Source: Raja brachyura (taxonomy: Eukaryota). From it: a stretch of DNA of 64,000 bases. Below are positions 12,327 to 25,700 of this stretch, piece by piece. Each line of letters opens with the position of its first letter. The first letter of the stretch is position 1. Under the pieces are notes generated by a model. The model saw only the letters and a list, made by a program, of their open reading frames with translations, ran no database searches and had not been told where the DNA came from. The DNA is taken from the NCBI GenBank assembly GCA_963514005.1, contig OY740783.1:6262001-6326000 (forward strand), written 5' to 3'. The translations under genes and the position numbers were made by a program.

Positions 12327-13783
12327 TGAATTGAATTGAATTGAATTGAATACCTTTATTGTCATTCAGACCTTTCGGTCTGAACGGAATTTCGTGCCTG
12401 CAGTCATACATATATAAAAAAAACAACAATACAATACCACACAATAAACACAAAATTAACATCCACCACAGTGAGTTCACCAAACACCTCCTCACTGTGG
12501 TGGAAGGCAAAAGTCTTAAGGTCTCAGTCATTTTCTCCCCTCCTTATTCTCCCTCTGCGCTGAGGGGATCCAGGCCGCCGCCACCGCTGACGCCAGAACG
12601 CCGGAACACCGCCACAGGGCCCGCCGCCGGAACGCCGCTGGAGCACCGCAGCTCCCGACACCCAAGCTGCCGCTGGAGCACCGCAGCTCCCGACACCCAA
12701 GCTGCCGCTGGAGCACCGCAGCTCCCGACATCCAGGCCGCCGCTGGAGCACCGCAGCTCCCGACACCCAAGCTGCCGCTGGAGCACCGCAGCTCCCGACA
12801 CCCAAGCTGCCGCTGGAGCACCGCAGCTCCCGACATCCAGGCCGCCACTGGAGCACCGCAGCTCCCGACACCCAGGCCGCCGCTGGAGCACCGCAGCTCC
12901 CGACATCCAGGCCGCCGCTGGAGCACCGCAGCTCCCGACATCCAGGCCGCCGCTGGAGCACCGCAGCTCCCGACATCCAGGCCGCCGCTGGAGCACCGCA
13001 GCTCCCGACACCCAAGCTGCCGCTGGAGCACCGCAGCTCCCGACACCCAAGCTGCCGCTGGAGCACCGCAGCTCCCGACATCCAGGCCGCCGCTGGAGCA
13101 CCGCAGCACCCGACATCCAGGCCGCCGCTGGAGCACCGCAGCTCCCGACATCCAGGCCGCCGCTGGAGCACCGCAGCTCCCGACATCCAGGCCGCCGCTG
13201 GAGCACCGCAGCTCCCGACATCCAGGCCGCCGCTGGAGCACCGCAGCTCCCGACACCCAGGCTGCCGCTGGAGCACCGCAGCTCCCGACACCCAAGCTGC
13301 CGCTGGAGCACCGCAGCTCCCGACATCCAGGCCGCCGCTGGAGCACCGCAGCTCCCGACATCCAGGCCGCCGCTGGAGCACCGCAGCTCCCGACATCCAG
13401 GCCGCCGCTGGAGCACCGCAGCTCCCGACATCCAGGCCGCCGCTGGAGCACCGCAGCTCAGAGGGAGCCAGGCCGCCGCTGGAGCTCCCGAAGCCCAGGT
13501 CGCCGCTGAAGCTCCGAAAGCCGTGCCGCCGCCGCTGGAAGGCCGTCACCAAGGCCTCAGCACAGACGGAGACGGTGTCGGGGGACACGACAGGAAAGTC
13601 GCATCCCCCCGAGGGGAGAGACTAAAACCCCGTTTCTCCCACCCTCCCCCCCCCCCCCCACACACATACACAACCCGACAAACCAAAAATAAACACCAAA
13701 AACAGGGACGAGGACAAAAATAAAATAAAGACAGACGGACTGCAGGTGAGCCGCAGCTGACAAGCAGCGCCGCCACTCCGAAA
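12327..13783 (-). mobile_element. Non-autonomous LINE-dependent element with AATAAA + (ATTCA)n tail and an internal minisatellite
   Basis: Tail TGAATTGAATT.. on the plus strand, hairpin CCACCACAGTGAG/CTCACTGTGGTGG at about 12463-12503, GC-rich 5' end; it interrupts a CR1 precisely. Confidence 0.6.
12634..13460. repeat. 35-bp GC-rich minisatellite, about 23 copies
   Basis: Unit GCTGGAGCACCGCAGCTCCCGACA(T/C)CCA(G/A)GC(C/T)GCC with two main variants. Confidence 0.97.
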
Positions 13784-14492
13784 CATAGTTCCCTGAAGGT
13801 GGAATCGCATGTAGATAGGGTGGTAAAGAAAACTTTTGGTGTGCTGGCCTTTATAAATCAGAGCATTGAATATAGGAGTAGGGAAGTAATGTTAAAATTG
13901 TACAAGGCATTGGTGAGACCAATTCTGGAGTATGGTGTACAATTTTGGTCGCCTAATTATAGGAAGGATGTCAACAAAATAGAGAGAGAGTACAGAGGAA
14001 ATTTACTAGAATTTTGCCTGGGTTCCAGCAACTAAGTTACAGAGGAAGGTTGAACAAGTTAGGTCTTTATTCTTTGGAGCGCAGAAGGTTAAAGGGGGAC
14101 TTGATTGAGGTCCTTAAAATGATGAAAGGGTGATAAAATGATAAAATGATGAAAACAGAGTTGACGTGGATAAGCTTTTCCCATTGAGGGTAGGGAAGAT
14201 TTAAACAAGAGGGCATAACATGAGAATTAAGGGACAGAAGTTTAGGGGTAACATGAGGGGGAACTTCTTTACTCAGAGAGTGGTGGCTGTGTGGAATGAT
14301 CTTCCAGCAGAAGTGGTGGAGGCAGGATCGATTTTAACATTTAAAAGTAAAGTGGATAGGTATATGGATGGGAAGGGAATGGAGGGGTATGGTCTGAGTG
14401 CAGGTAGATGGGACTAGGGGAAAATAAATGGTCGGCACGGACTGGAAAGGCCGAGAAGGCCTGTTTCCGTGCTGTAATTGTTATATGGTTAT

Positions 14493-14810
14493 AGATGTTG
14501 GTTTATACCAAAGATAGACACATTGTTGGAGTAACTGAGTGGGTCAGGTAGCATCTCTGGACAAACAAGTGATTTGGGGATGGAATAGAAGAAGGGTCCT
14601 TACCCAAAATATCACCCATCCTTTTCCTCGAGAGATGGTGCCTGACCCGCTGAGTTGCTCCAGCACTGTGTGAAACGTCACCTATCCATGTTCTCCACAG
14701 ATGCTGCCTGACCCGCTGAGTTACTCCAGCACTCTGTGAAACGTCACCTATCCATGTTCTCCACAGATGCTGCCTGACCCGCTGAGTTACTCCAGCACTC
14801 TGTGTCTATC
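14493..14810. repeat. Penelope-type terminal repeat cluster (one inverted arm plus about three tandem 64-bp units)
   Basis: GATGCTGCCTGACCCGCTGAGTTACTCCAGCAC repeated; GAAACGTCAC motif. Confidence 0.65.
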
Positions 14811-16020
14811 TGTGGTACAATGTTGATCAGTGATAATTGTAAATGATTGAAGCACAATGTGGGACAAGGAGGTGGAACAGATGCAGGGATAATATAGAGT
14901 ATTGGGCTGAAGGATATTCTTACCGTGAACCCAGTGACTTGGAACAATTGGTCTGCTGTGGATTTGAGTAAGGTTGTATAAAATTTCCCAATGAGCTGAT
15001 GCTATCTCTGTCTCCAATGTTTGGAGACCCTGGGAAAATGTGCAGACAAGATTTTTGAGGATATTGCCAAGAATTATTGTTGTTGCCAAGTCAAACCAGT
15101 ACTTTGTCCACATATCAGATGGGCCTGCAATGCAGCGGATCGCCACACGGTGGGAGTGTTGACCACAAATTGGAGTGACCTGTTATATGAATTCACTGCC
15201 CATTGTGAGCGCTGTCTACAAATTAGGTATAATTGTGCTCTTTACAGCAAAATGGTTCTTTATTGCTCTGTGACCGGTTTCCTTTCCCCATAATGCACCC
15301 ATTGCCCAGATGCCAAACTTAGTAAAAGCCCTGAAACCAGGGAAGTTTTGGGATGAAAATCAAGGAACTGCAGGTGCTGGTTTACAAAAAAGACACAGAG
15401 TGCTGGAGTAACTCATCGGGTCAGGCAGCATCTGTGGAGAACATGGATAGGTGAGATTTTGTGTTGGGGGCCTTCAGACTGATTTCTGGGTGTGGTTCTG
15501 TTTACTTCATGAAGGTGGTGGCAAGAATGAATTTGTCTCTGGGATAGCTGTCCAATTGAGTTTTAATTGGGGCACTTTAAGAAGACTGGTTTTCAGTTGA
15601 TGATTAATTGTTATGATTAAAAAGAAGCAAGGAATTTAAAGTGGATCTACATTGTACGTGGTTGAGGAAAGTTAATGTGAGCTAGTTTTTTTATTTTTTT
15701 AATATATTTTTATTAGAGGCCAATACATATTATGGTGAAAACATTTCATGTGCATCAATCACACATTATTAATATTATCAATTGATTCATTCTGCTTCTA
15801 ATAGCTTTTTTTAAATATAGATAGAAAGTTAAAGAGAGAGAGAAAAAAAATCATATATGTCAAGATTTAAAAAAAGAATGGAATTATTTACTATTAATAC
15901 ATCATTGGAGATAGGGTCAAAGAGTATAACTTTTCATCTGATCCTGAGTCCCAGTTTCAGTTAGGTTCCCCTGCCGAACCAATCTGCCCTTTCAAATAAT
16001 CGATGAAAGAAGACCATATT

Positions 16021-18020
16021 AGAAACATAGAAACATAGAAAATAGGTGCAGGAGTAGGCCATTCGGCCCTTCGAGCCTGCACCGCCATTCAATGTGATCA
16101 TGGCTGATCATCCAACTCAGTATCCCGTACCTGCCTTCTCTCCATACCCCCTGATCCCTTTAGCCACAACTAACGCCCTCTTAAATATAGCCAATGAACT
16201 GGCCTCAACTACCTTCTGTGGCAGAGAATTCCAGAGACTCACCACTCTCTGTGTAAAGAATGTTTTCCTCATTTCGGTCCTAAAGGAATTCCCCCTTATC
16301 CTTAGACTGTGACCCCTTGTTCTGGACTCCCCCAACATCGGAAACAATCTTCCAGCATCTAGCTTGTCCAACCCCTTAAGAATTTTGTAAGTTTCTATAA
16401 GATCCCCCCTCAATCTTCTAAATTCCAGCGAGTACAAGCCGAGTCTATCCAATCTTTCCTCATATGAAAGTCCTGACATCCCAGGAATCAGTCTGGTGAA
16501 TCTTCTCTGTACCCCCTCTATGGCAAGGATGTCTTTCCTCAGATTTGGAGACCAAAACTGTACGCAATACTCCAGGTGTGGCCTCACCAAAACCCTGTAC
16601 AACTGCAGTAGAACCTCCCTGCTCCTATACTCAAATCCTTTCGCTGTGAATGCTAACATACCATTTGCTTTCTTCACTGCCTGCTGCACCTGCATGCCTA
16701 CTTTCAATGACTGGTGTACCATGACACCCAGGTCTCGTTGCATCTCCCCCTTTCCTAATCTGCCACCATTCAGATAATAGTCTACCCTCATGTTTTTGCC
16801 ACCAAAGTGGATAACCTCACATTTATCCACATTATACTGCATCTGCCATGCATCTGCCCATTCACTCAGCCTATCCAAATCACCCTGCAGCCTCCAAGCA
16901 TCCTCCTCACACCTAACTATACCCCCCAGCTTGGTATCATCTGCAAATTTGGAGATGTTGCATTGAATTCCCTCGTCCAAATCATTAATATATATTGTAA
17001 ATTGCTGGGGTCCCAGCACTGAGCCTTGCGGCACCCCACTAGTCACTGCTTGCCATTCTGAAAACGACCCGTTTACTCCTACCCTTTGCCTCCTGTCTGC
17101 TAGCCAGTTCTCTATCCACATCAATACTGAACCCCCAATACCGTGTGCTTTAAGTTTGTATGCTAATCTCTTATGCGGGACCTTGTCGAAAGCCTTCTGA
17201 AAGTCTAGATATAACACATCCACTGGTTCTCCCTTATCCACTCTACTAGTTACATCCTCGAAAAATTCTATCAGATTTGTCAGACATGATTTACCTTTCG
17301 TAAATCCATGCTGACTTTGTCCAATGATTTCACCACTTTCCAAATGCGCTGCTATCCCATCTTTAATAACTGACTCTAGCAGTTTCCCCACTACCGATGT
17401 TAGACTAACTGGTCTGTAATTCCCCGCTTTCTCTCTCCCTCCTTTTTTAAAAAGTGGGGTTACATTAGCTACCCTCCAATCCTCAGGAACTACTCCAGAA
17501 TCTAAGGAATTTTGAAAAATTATCACTAATGCATCCACTATTTCTGTGGCTACCTCCTTGAGTACTCTGGGATGCAGACTATCTGGCCCTGGGGATTTAT
17601 CGGCCTTCAATCCGTTCAATTTACCCAACACCACCTCCCGGCTAACCTGGATTTCACTCAGTTCCTCCATCTTATTTGACCCCCGTTCCACTGCTATTTC
17701 CGGCAGATTATTTATGTCTTCCTTAGTGAAGACAGAACCAAAGTAGTTATTCAATTGGTCTGCCATGTCCTTGTTCCCCATGATCAATTCGCCTGTTTCT
17801 GACTGCAAGGGACCAACATTTGTTTTAACTAGTCTCTTTCTCTTCACATATCTATAAAAACTTTTGCAGTCAGTTTTTATGTTCCCTGCCAGTTTCCTTT
17901 CATAATCTATTTTCCCTTTCCTAATTAAGCCCTTTGTCCTCCTCTGCTGGATTCTGAATTTCTCCCAGTCCTCCGGTATGCTGCTTTTTCTGGCAAATTT
18001 GTATGCCTCATCTTTTGTTT
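16021..18020 (-). mobile_element. 5'-truncated CR1 with uninterrupted 576-aa RT/C-terminal ORF (16117-17847)
   Basis: [14 protein letters not shown] and KFADD motifs; (TTTCTATG)n tail at 16021. Confidence 0.95.
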
Positions 18021-21000
18021 TCTAACAAATATTCTAACAAAAAGTTCTTGTTTGTCCATTAAGACAAATCTGATTCTTTCCAGGTGGAAGGTCTCCGACA
18101 TTTCCATAATCCACATTTTAATTGTGGGGGTTATAGGGCCTTTCCAAAATTTTAATATTAATTTCTCCCCAGTTATTATACTGTAGTCTAGGAAGTTTCT
18201 TTGGCTTGTTGTGAGTGTTAAACTTTGTTCTGATATTCCAAGTATTATTACTTTTGAGTCAGGATCCAGTTTAGTATTAACAACTTCAGAAATTATTCTA
18301 AAAATATCAATCCAGAATTTTTTTATTTTTATACAATTTGCAAAAGTATGTGTTAAGTTAGCCTCTAGATGCTGATATTTATCGCAGATAGGAGAGATAT
18401 GTGGGCAAATTCTATTTAGTTTTACTTTAGAGTAGTGTAATCTGTGTAATACTTTAAATTGTATTAAAGCATGCCTGGCATTTAATGAGCATTGATGCAT
18501 ATATTGTAAACTTTTGTCCCAGATATATTTCGTTATGGGTTGGCTTAATTCATTTTCCCATGTATGTCTATATGATTCCGTCGATGGGACCTCGGTCTCT
18601 AAAAGGATATTATAAATATACATTCATTTTTCTGTATTAGGATGTTTATTCAAACATTCATCAAGGATTTCTGGTTCCCTACTCCTATAATCTTGTGTAT
18701 TGGATTTAACATAATCTCTAAATTGTAGATATCTAAAAAAAATATTTGAGTGTAGTCCATAAATCTGTTGTAACTCCTGAAATAACATAAAAGTGCCTTT
18801 CTTATAAAGATGTCCCATCTTTTTAATTCCATAATTTTTCCATTGTGTGAAACCTTTATCCAGCATGGAAGATTTGAATAAGGGATTGTTTACAATGGGG
18901 GGACAGAGTGGTATATTATCCAATTTTAAAGCCTTTTTTAATTGTTTCCAGATTTGTATACCACCATGTATTATAGGGTTTTCCCTAGAGGTTTTTTTGT
19001 GCAATTTTAACCAGTCAGGTTGCTGGTCCATTTCTTCCAGCCAGAAATTCATGTTTTGAACATGGGCTGCCCAAAAATAAAACAGAACATTTGGTGACGC
19101 TGAACCTCCATTTATCTTTGATTTACATAAATGTTTTTTGCTTATTCTATGATTCTAATAATCACAAATGAAAGTTGTAACAGTGGAGTCGACTTTTAAA
19201 AAAAAGATTTGGGGCTATATATCGGGATTCACTGAAATAAGTACAGTAATTGCAGCAAAAAAGATCATTTTTATAGCATTAATTCTACCAAACATTGAGA
19301 TGGGGAGTGTTTTCCAATACTGAATATTCATCTTTAGTATATTCAGTAAAGGTGGGAAGTTTGATTTAAATAAAGAAGTGTACGTCTTAGTTACATAAAT
19401 ACCTAAATATTTAAATTTTCCCTCAACTATTTTAAAAGGGGATTGTTGGAGTGTATGTAAATTGAGTTCCGTTATTGGCATGATTTCGCTTTTATTCCAA
19501 TGAATCCTATATCCTGAAAACTGACCAAACTACTACAATATTTGCCGTCAATATCTTCTATAGTTGATATATGTTTAAAAGGTATACCTTTACGGATTAA
19601 TATTGCAACCCCTCTAGATTTATGTGTGAATTAAGAGTGATACCTTTGAGCAATCCATTTTGCTTTCAATCTGTGTTGTGCTTTTTAAGATGAGTTTCCT
19701 GGAGAAATATATCTGTTTTAAGCAATTTTAAATGAGCTAATACTTTACCTCTCTTGATGGGTTCATTAATTCCCTTAACATTCCGAATACAGAATGTAAT
19801 TCCTTCACCCCCAGTTTTCACATTTACATCTTGCATCTTATGATTAAGGTGGTCTATGATTAAGCAGATGGTTCAGCACATTAAACCCTACCTTACACCC
19901 GAACTTCAGATAGATTAATTTTAGATCTCGTAGATTTTCTTCTCGGGCATATCTCCTTAAATAAAACATAATTCAATTCAAAATAAAAATTATAATATAA
20001 TATAAAATAGAAAAAGTAAGAGAGTGTTATATTAGTAAAGTGTAAAAGAAAGAAAAAAACTGCATCTATAGTTAGTGCAGTTAGTGAGAGCCACCCTAAT
20101 GTGGCTAGACTTATTTTGGTAAAATAAATAAATATTACTAGCTCCGTACTTTCCTTAAAAGAAAAGCTTCAATTTCAATAAAAAACATTACATGGGGGAT
20201 GGAAAACAATGGTTATATTCCACTAGTGGAATAATTATTAGTCTCAAAGTAAAATATTAGTCTCGTATAGCAAAAATATTAGTCAACGATTAGTCAAAAG
20301 TATCAAGGAGTAAACCTCAACATTTTTATTAATAAATTGCCTGAATCACACATTACTTACAATTCATCCTTTTAGCTAATTCTAATTTGATCCAGTTAAC
20401 AATTAATAATAATTAGTAATCATGATTAGTAATAATTAGTAATAATTAGTACTAAAATATAAAATATTATATAACAATAACAAGATAACTACTCAATTCT
20501 CATTCTAAATTCTAGACAGTCCTTAAGTATAGCAATTTAAAGTTCAATTTCTTTTCTGTGGGGTAACAATATCCGGTATCGTCAGGTGTATATTGAGTGT
20601 TGAATGTTATTCAATCCTCAGTCTCACTCTCAATGTTCTCAGTGTTCTTGATGTTCTCGATGTTCTTTGCAAATTCAAGGGCCTGTGTGTGCTTGGAGAA
20701 AAAATATTCCTTCTTATCGTAGATGATTCTCAATGTTGCGGGGTACATCAGTCCATATCTCAGGTTTTTTATGTTCTTAAGTATTCTTCTTGTGTCTGTA
20801 AACAATGCTCTTTTCTTGGAGACCTCCGCAGGGTAATCTCGAAATATACCGATCTTATCTCCTCCAAATTCGAGATTTCTGCTGCGAACGATTTTCTTCA
20901 TCATACCATCCAAAACATGATCATATTGCACCTTCACTATCTGTTGTCTTGTGGGGGCATCCGCCCTTGGGCGGCGTCTCATTGCTGTACGTACCCAAGC

Positions 21001-22158
21001 AAGTAAAGGTGCTTGATCCGATTTAAAACTTTCTTCAATAGATCTGCAGCAAATTCACGGGGGTCACGGTTCCCCTCTCTGCCTTCCCAAACGCCCATAA
21101 TTCTTAGATTCGAGCGTCTCTGACGTCCCTCCAAGTTAATACATTTTCCAGTTATTTTATGCAATGTCTGATAAATGCTTGTTCTAGGAGAGAAGCTTTC
21201 TTGTAGTTTTAGAGCTGTTTCAGCAATTTCCTCTAATTCAATTACAGTTTTATGTTGTTGCTCTAGTGCCTGGGAAATGGGGTCCCACTTTGAATTTTAC
21301 TTCGGAGTCACGTGAGTGACTACGTGAAGAAGACCCCGCCTGGCGCTGGAACGGCATTACGTCGACGCTATCGGCAGTGGAAGAGCTGCAGAGCGCAGCT
21401 CCAGCACAGCGGTAAGGAAACGGCCCGCAGGTAAGTAAAATTATTTTACTTCCAGGGCGTTTTTCTTAAAACTCCGTAGGCTGGTAGGAAACCAGCAGGA
21501 GTTTAAATAAAAATAAAAAATAAAATGTTTTAAAAAGAAAATCGCGGGTAAAACGTGCGTCCCGGGGTGTAAAAAGTCGGGACAGCAGACTATTGCGGAG
21601 CCGGTTCCGATACCGGTGGCCGATTGAAATACCCGTTAGGGAGCCTTTAGTTGTTCCACAAACAACACTTGAAAACCCAGTGCCTAAAAAGTAAAAAGAG
21701 GCTTGAAAGGCCTGAGGTTTCTAAAAGATCCTGTAAAGTAAGCCTAAAATTGGCTAAGTATGGATCTAATGGAGGAAATACTCCAAATTATATCAACCAA
21801 GGGTCTAAGTACCCAGAATATTCCCAGGCAGCCCCTGAGGGGGTTCCATATCGTGAATATGGTGCCAATTCGAATTGGGAATTTGAAACCCCAGTGCCTG
21901 GGTATGGACTGGAGGAAGTCTCCTTGAACGAGTTTCAGGAGTACCAGGGCTGTATGAGACAGACCCTGAAAGTGGTGTTTGTGGTCAGAAGTACCCACCA
22001 CAATGCAAATCCAGGTGTGTCTGAGGGGCACAAAGTTACTATACCTGGTGGAGGCGGTGAGGCCATGGAAGGAACCTGGCGGCCAATGTTAATTATATGG
22101 TCTCTCACCTGCCTCAAGAAGCTGTTATGGTTGAAACAGCAGATTTGCATTTAAACAT

Positions 22159-22223
22159 GTGCTCGCTTCGGCAGCACACATACTAAAATTGGAATAATAC
22201 AGAATATAATGCATGAAGCATTC
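22159..22223 (+). pseudogene. RNU6: U6 snRNA-derived fragment (nt 1-45 plus probable 3' piece) inside DIRS gag
   Basis: GTGCTCGCTTCGGCAGCACACATACTAAAATTGGAATAATACAGA matches the U6 5' end. CATGAAGCATTC at 22212-22223 resembles U6 CGTGAAGCGTTC with CpG decay. Confidence 0.9.
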
Positions 22224-22673
22224 TAAAACACCTTTAAGTAGGTACCTGGTAAATCCGGGTTTTAGGCGCCAATGTCAGCAATTATGCGGGCGCAGGAATT
22301 ACGATTAAAAGAATCCTCAAACTAATTGGCATCACTGTGTTTTAAGACAAGCTGGGAAGTTGTGGAATGACTAAAGTTCAGAATGAAACAAAATATGTTA
22401 GGTTTATTCTGCAAACTTATTTGAGTTAAATTATATAAATAGAAGATTGCCATTCGGCCTCTTTTACATCCAAAGATTTACAGGACAAGCAATGTTCAAA
22501 CTCCTGGTTATTGATTCGGAGAAAATCTGTTTAAGCAAATTAAGTATGGATGAAGGGGAAGAAACTGTTGGTCTTATGAAACCCTTCAGTTGGCCAGTAG
22601 GCTGGTCATATGGAAAAGGGATTTGATTTGAGCTGAGGCAGGAGTATGATAAGGAAGAATTTCCAGCCAGCAA

Positions 22674-22768
22674 ATCGTTTCTCGGCTTTTTGGCTAAGAT
22701 TAAGCATGGTATCTGTTCTTATCAGTTTAAATCTGATACGTCCCTTATCTAGGGACCATATATTAAAT
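22674..22768 (+). pseudogene. RNU2: U2 snRNA 5' fragment (about nt 1-96) inside DIRS gag
   Basis: ATCGTTTCTCGGCTTTTTGGCTAAGATTAAG..TATCTGTTCTTATCAGTTTAA.TCTGATACGTCCCTTATCTAGGGACCATATATTAAAT; it stops just before the Sm site. Confidence 0.92.
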
Positions 22769-25700
22769 AAAATAACGAATGTACACCCACATTTTTGGGT
22801 AAGGAGGTAATTTCGTCAAACAGTTGGGGAGGTACAAAACTTAATCCTATTTAAGAAGGATGTTTGGATGAACCTCAGATTGGTGGTAGACTCCAAATGT
22901 TGATAATGAAGAGGTATGGATCCATTGGGACACAATAACCTGATCATTCTTCATGTTATAGTCTTGGAATAATTCAAATTGACAAAGATGTGAGAATTTG
23001 TGTGAGGAAGGAGGTATTGAGAAACAGGTAAAGGATCCACAACAATTGTATCAAATATTTTCCCCAGGCCATAGAAGATGGGGTTGTACAATCATGTTAG
23101 ATCTCACACAATTAAATATATTGTCCAGTAAAAAATTTTAAAATGGACACATTCAACACTGCAATACAGCAGGTATCAACAGGTGGTTATGGCTGCAATA
23201 AATTGAAGAGATGCATATTTCGGTCCCAATTCACCATAATTTCATAGGTAATTAAGTTATGGATGAGACAGTTTGTGGTACTACAAGCTTTGCCTTTAAG
23301 GATTAAGCCAGCATTTGCACTGCCTTAGGCACAAAAGTACATCGTTATGGCTTATCTAGATGACATTTAATTGTCAATGCTAATCAGGAGCCAGGTGGAA
23401 AATTAGTCAGTAACTACAAGTTGTTTGAGAAGTTGGGTTCCTGATCCATCCAACAAATCTAAGTTACAGCAATCCCAAACCATTGAATTTGGTTTGAGAT
23501 TAACTCAGTTACCATGTTGGTAACTTTACCAATGGATAAGTGTTGGATTTGACAAATGTGTGTCAAGACCTGATTTACAAACCTTATCCCTCCATCCGAG
23601 AGGTTGCCAAGATTATTGGTAAATTGGCAGCAGCATTCACCAGACAGTAGAGTTTGGTCGTCTACATTACCAAAATCTTCAAAGGGCAAAAACTCAAGCG
23701 CTTATTCAGCGAGCAAGCCATTTGATAGGCCAATGCAATTGCCTAAGGAAGTTTTATCAGAATTACATTGATGGATTGAGAATGTTCCATAAGCTGCTTA
23801 GAACTTTTAGTTCATCAGCCAGTAGTGTTTTTGCAAAATGACGAAGTTCTCTCGGATGGGGGGGGGGGGGTACGGATAATGAGACCAGCTGTAGAGGCAG
23901 ATGGGCTGTCCAAGAGGATTTATTGTTCCAAACATATGGTATTAATTATTTGGAGCTCTTGGTAGCATTTTATGTATTAAAAGCTTATTGCCCTTCATTA
24001 AAGGATTTGCATGTCCAAGTACAAATAGATTATACCACAGCTGTGGCATATATTAATCACATGGGTGGTGTTAGATCAATATCATGTGATCATCTGGTAA
24101 ACCAGATGTGCCAATGGTGTATGGCAAAAAATATTTGGCTTTCAGCTATTTATCTCTCGGGGAGAGACAATGTTGTGACAGATAAAGATCACAAATATTT
24201 GAAGACAATACAGAATGGATGTTTAATCCACACAATTTCAAAATATTGTCAGTCGGTATGGAGTGCCGGACATTGATCTGTTTGCATCTAGATTGAATCA
24301 CCAATTGCTCAAATACGTGTCTTGGGGAACACGATCCAGCGGCAGTAGCGGTGGATGTTTTCTCGCTACACTGGGGAATTTGTTATTTTATGATTTTCCC
24401 CATTCTGTCTCATTGGGCAATGTCTCAATAAAAAGCGCAAGACGCTGTCGAATGCAATTTTGGTGGTGTCAGATTGGCCCACGCAGTCATGATTCCCATT
24501 GATGCTAATATGATTATTGAACCATGTATGACAATTCCCAGTTGCGACAATCTGTTGACACAACCAGTAACAAAAGGAATTCATCCATTGCATGATCATA
24601 TGTATTTGTTAATCTGCAGGTTCTGACCAGACCATTGCAAGAGTTTGTACTGTCGGACAGGACCATGGATGTTATAGTTGCAGCTTGGAGGAATAGCACT
24701 AAAACAATATAAGTCGCATATAAGGAAATGGGAAGTGTACACAGTCAAAGATATCTTATCATACTGCAAACATTTCAAATGTATTACAGTTCCTTGCTGG
24801 GTTACACTTGATGAGCATTTGAGTATAGTGCCATTAATTGTGCTCGTAGTGCATTGTCATCCTATTTAGGACAAATTTCAGATCGAGATTCATTGGGTCT
24901 CACCCATTAGTATCCCGACTCATGAAAGGAATTTCAATAAAATCATCCCAAGCCCATATATACAGGAATTTGGGATGTTAGCATTGTTCTCACTTTGTTT
25001 AAACAATGGACTCCAATTAATTCAATGTCTTTGCAGAAATTAACATTCAAGGTGGTAAAGTTAATGGCATTGGTATCAGCTCAAAAAGAGTACAAGCTTT
25101 GCAGTTGTACGGTTGGATTGCATGCATGTGACTGCAGATAACATTATGTTTTATGTTTATGACTTGATCAAACAAAGCAGACCAGGAAGAACTGGAATGA
25201 AGGTAATGTTTAAAGCATATCCTATTGATGAAACATTGTGTGTGGTTAAGCATTTAACTCAGTACATTGAGGTAACCAAAATCTCAGAGGTTCTGAGAAA
25301 GCGTTATTAATAACACACAAAAAGCCACATACAAAAGGTTCAGTTCAAACCATTTCTGGATGGTTTGTGTCTAGCAAGAATAGACACTGATGTGTTTAAA
25401 TCTCACTCCACTAGGGCGGCAGCTACGTCCGTGGCAAAGGTACAGGACGTGCCACTCGATAAAATTTTAGAGGCCGCAGGGTGGTCTAGAGAAGAGATTT
25501 TCAAAGTTCTAGAATAAACCTGTTGTCACAGTGCCAGGATTTAGACACACAGTAATGGGTTCTCTTTAATGCTTGCTTTGTTTTATATTATCGATTCATA
25601 TTATCGATTTATGTTACCATTGACAACATTTATCAATTTATTTTGTAATTTTCCCCTAAGATAGAGGGGTTATTATTAAAAAGTTGTTCTTTTTATGATT

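Larger units (their letters stand above)
11419..14492 (+). mobile_element. 5'-truncated CR1 (RT domain) split by an insertion at 12327-13783
   Basis: ORF 11421-12329 (SKYADD) resumes at about 13784 (SSLKVESHVDRVVKK); CAT present at both junctions. Confidence 0.9.

Noticed and set aside
12634-13460. CRISPR-like array
   Set aside because: The repeats are contiguous with no unique spacers, and the context is eukaryotic with no cas genes.
12359-13723. 295-454 aa ORFs on both strands
   Set aside because: Artefact of a stop-free 35-bp tandem repeat; the peptide simply cycles through the three frames.
22143-22150. Octamer ATTTGCAT just upstream of the U6 copy as an snRNA promoter
   Set aside because: Far too close to +1 for a distal sequence element, no PSE/TATA arrangement, and it lies in gag-derived sequence.
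22450-22482. U5 loop-I-like sequence in DIRS B
   Set aside because: Better explained as gag (AIRPLLHP.F), homologous to IKPTLNPKF in copy A.
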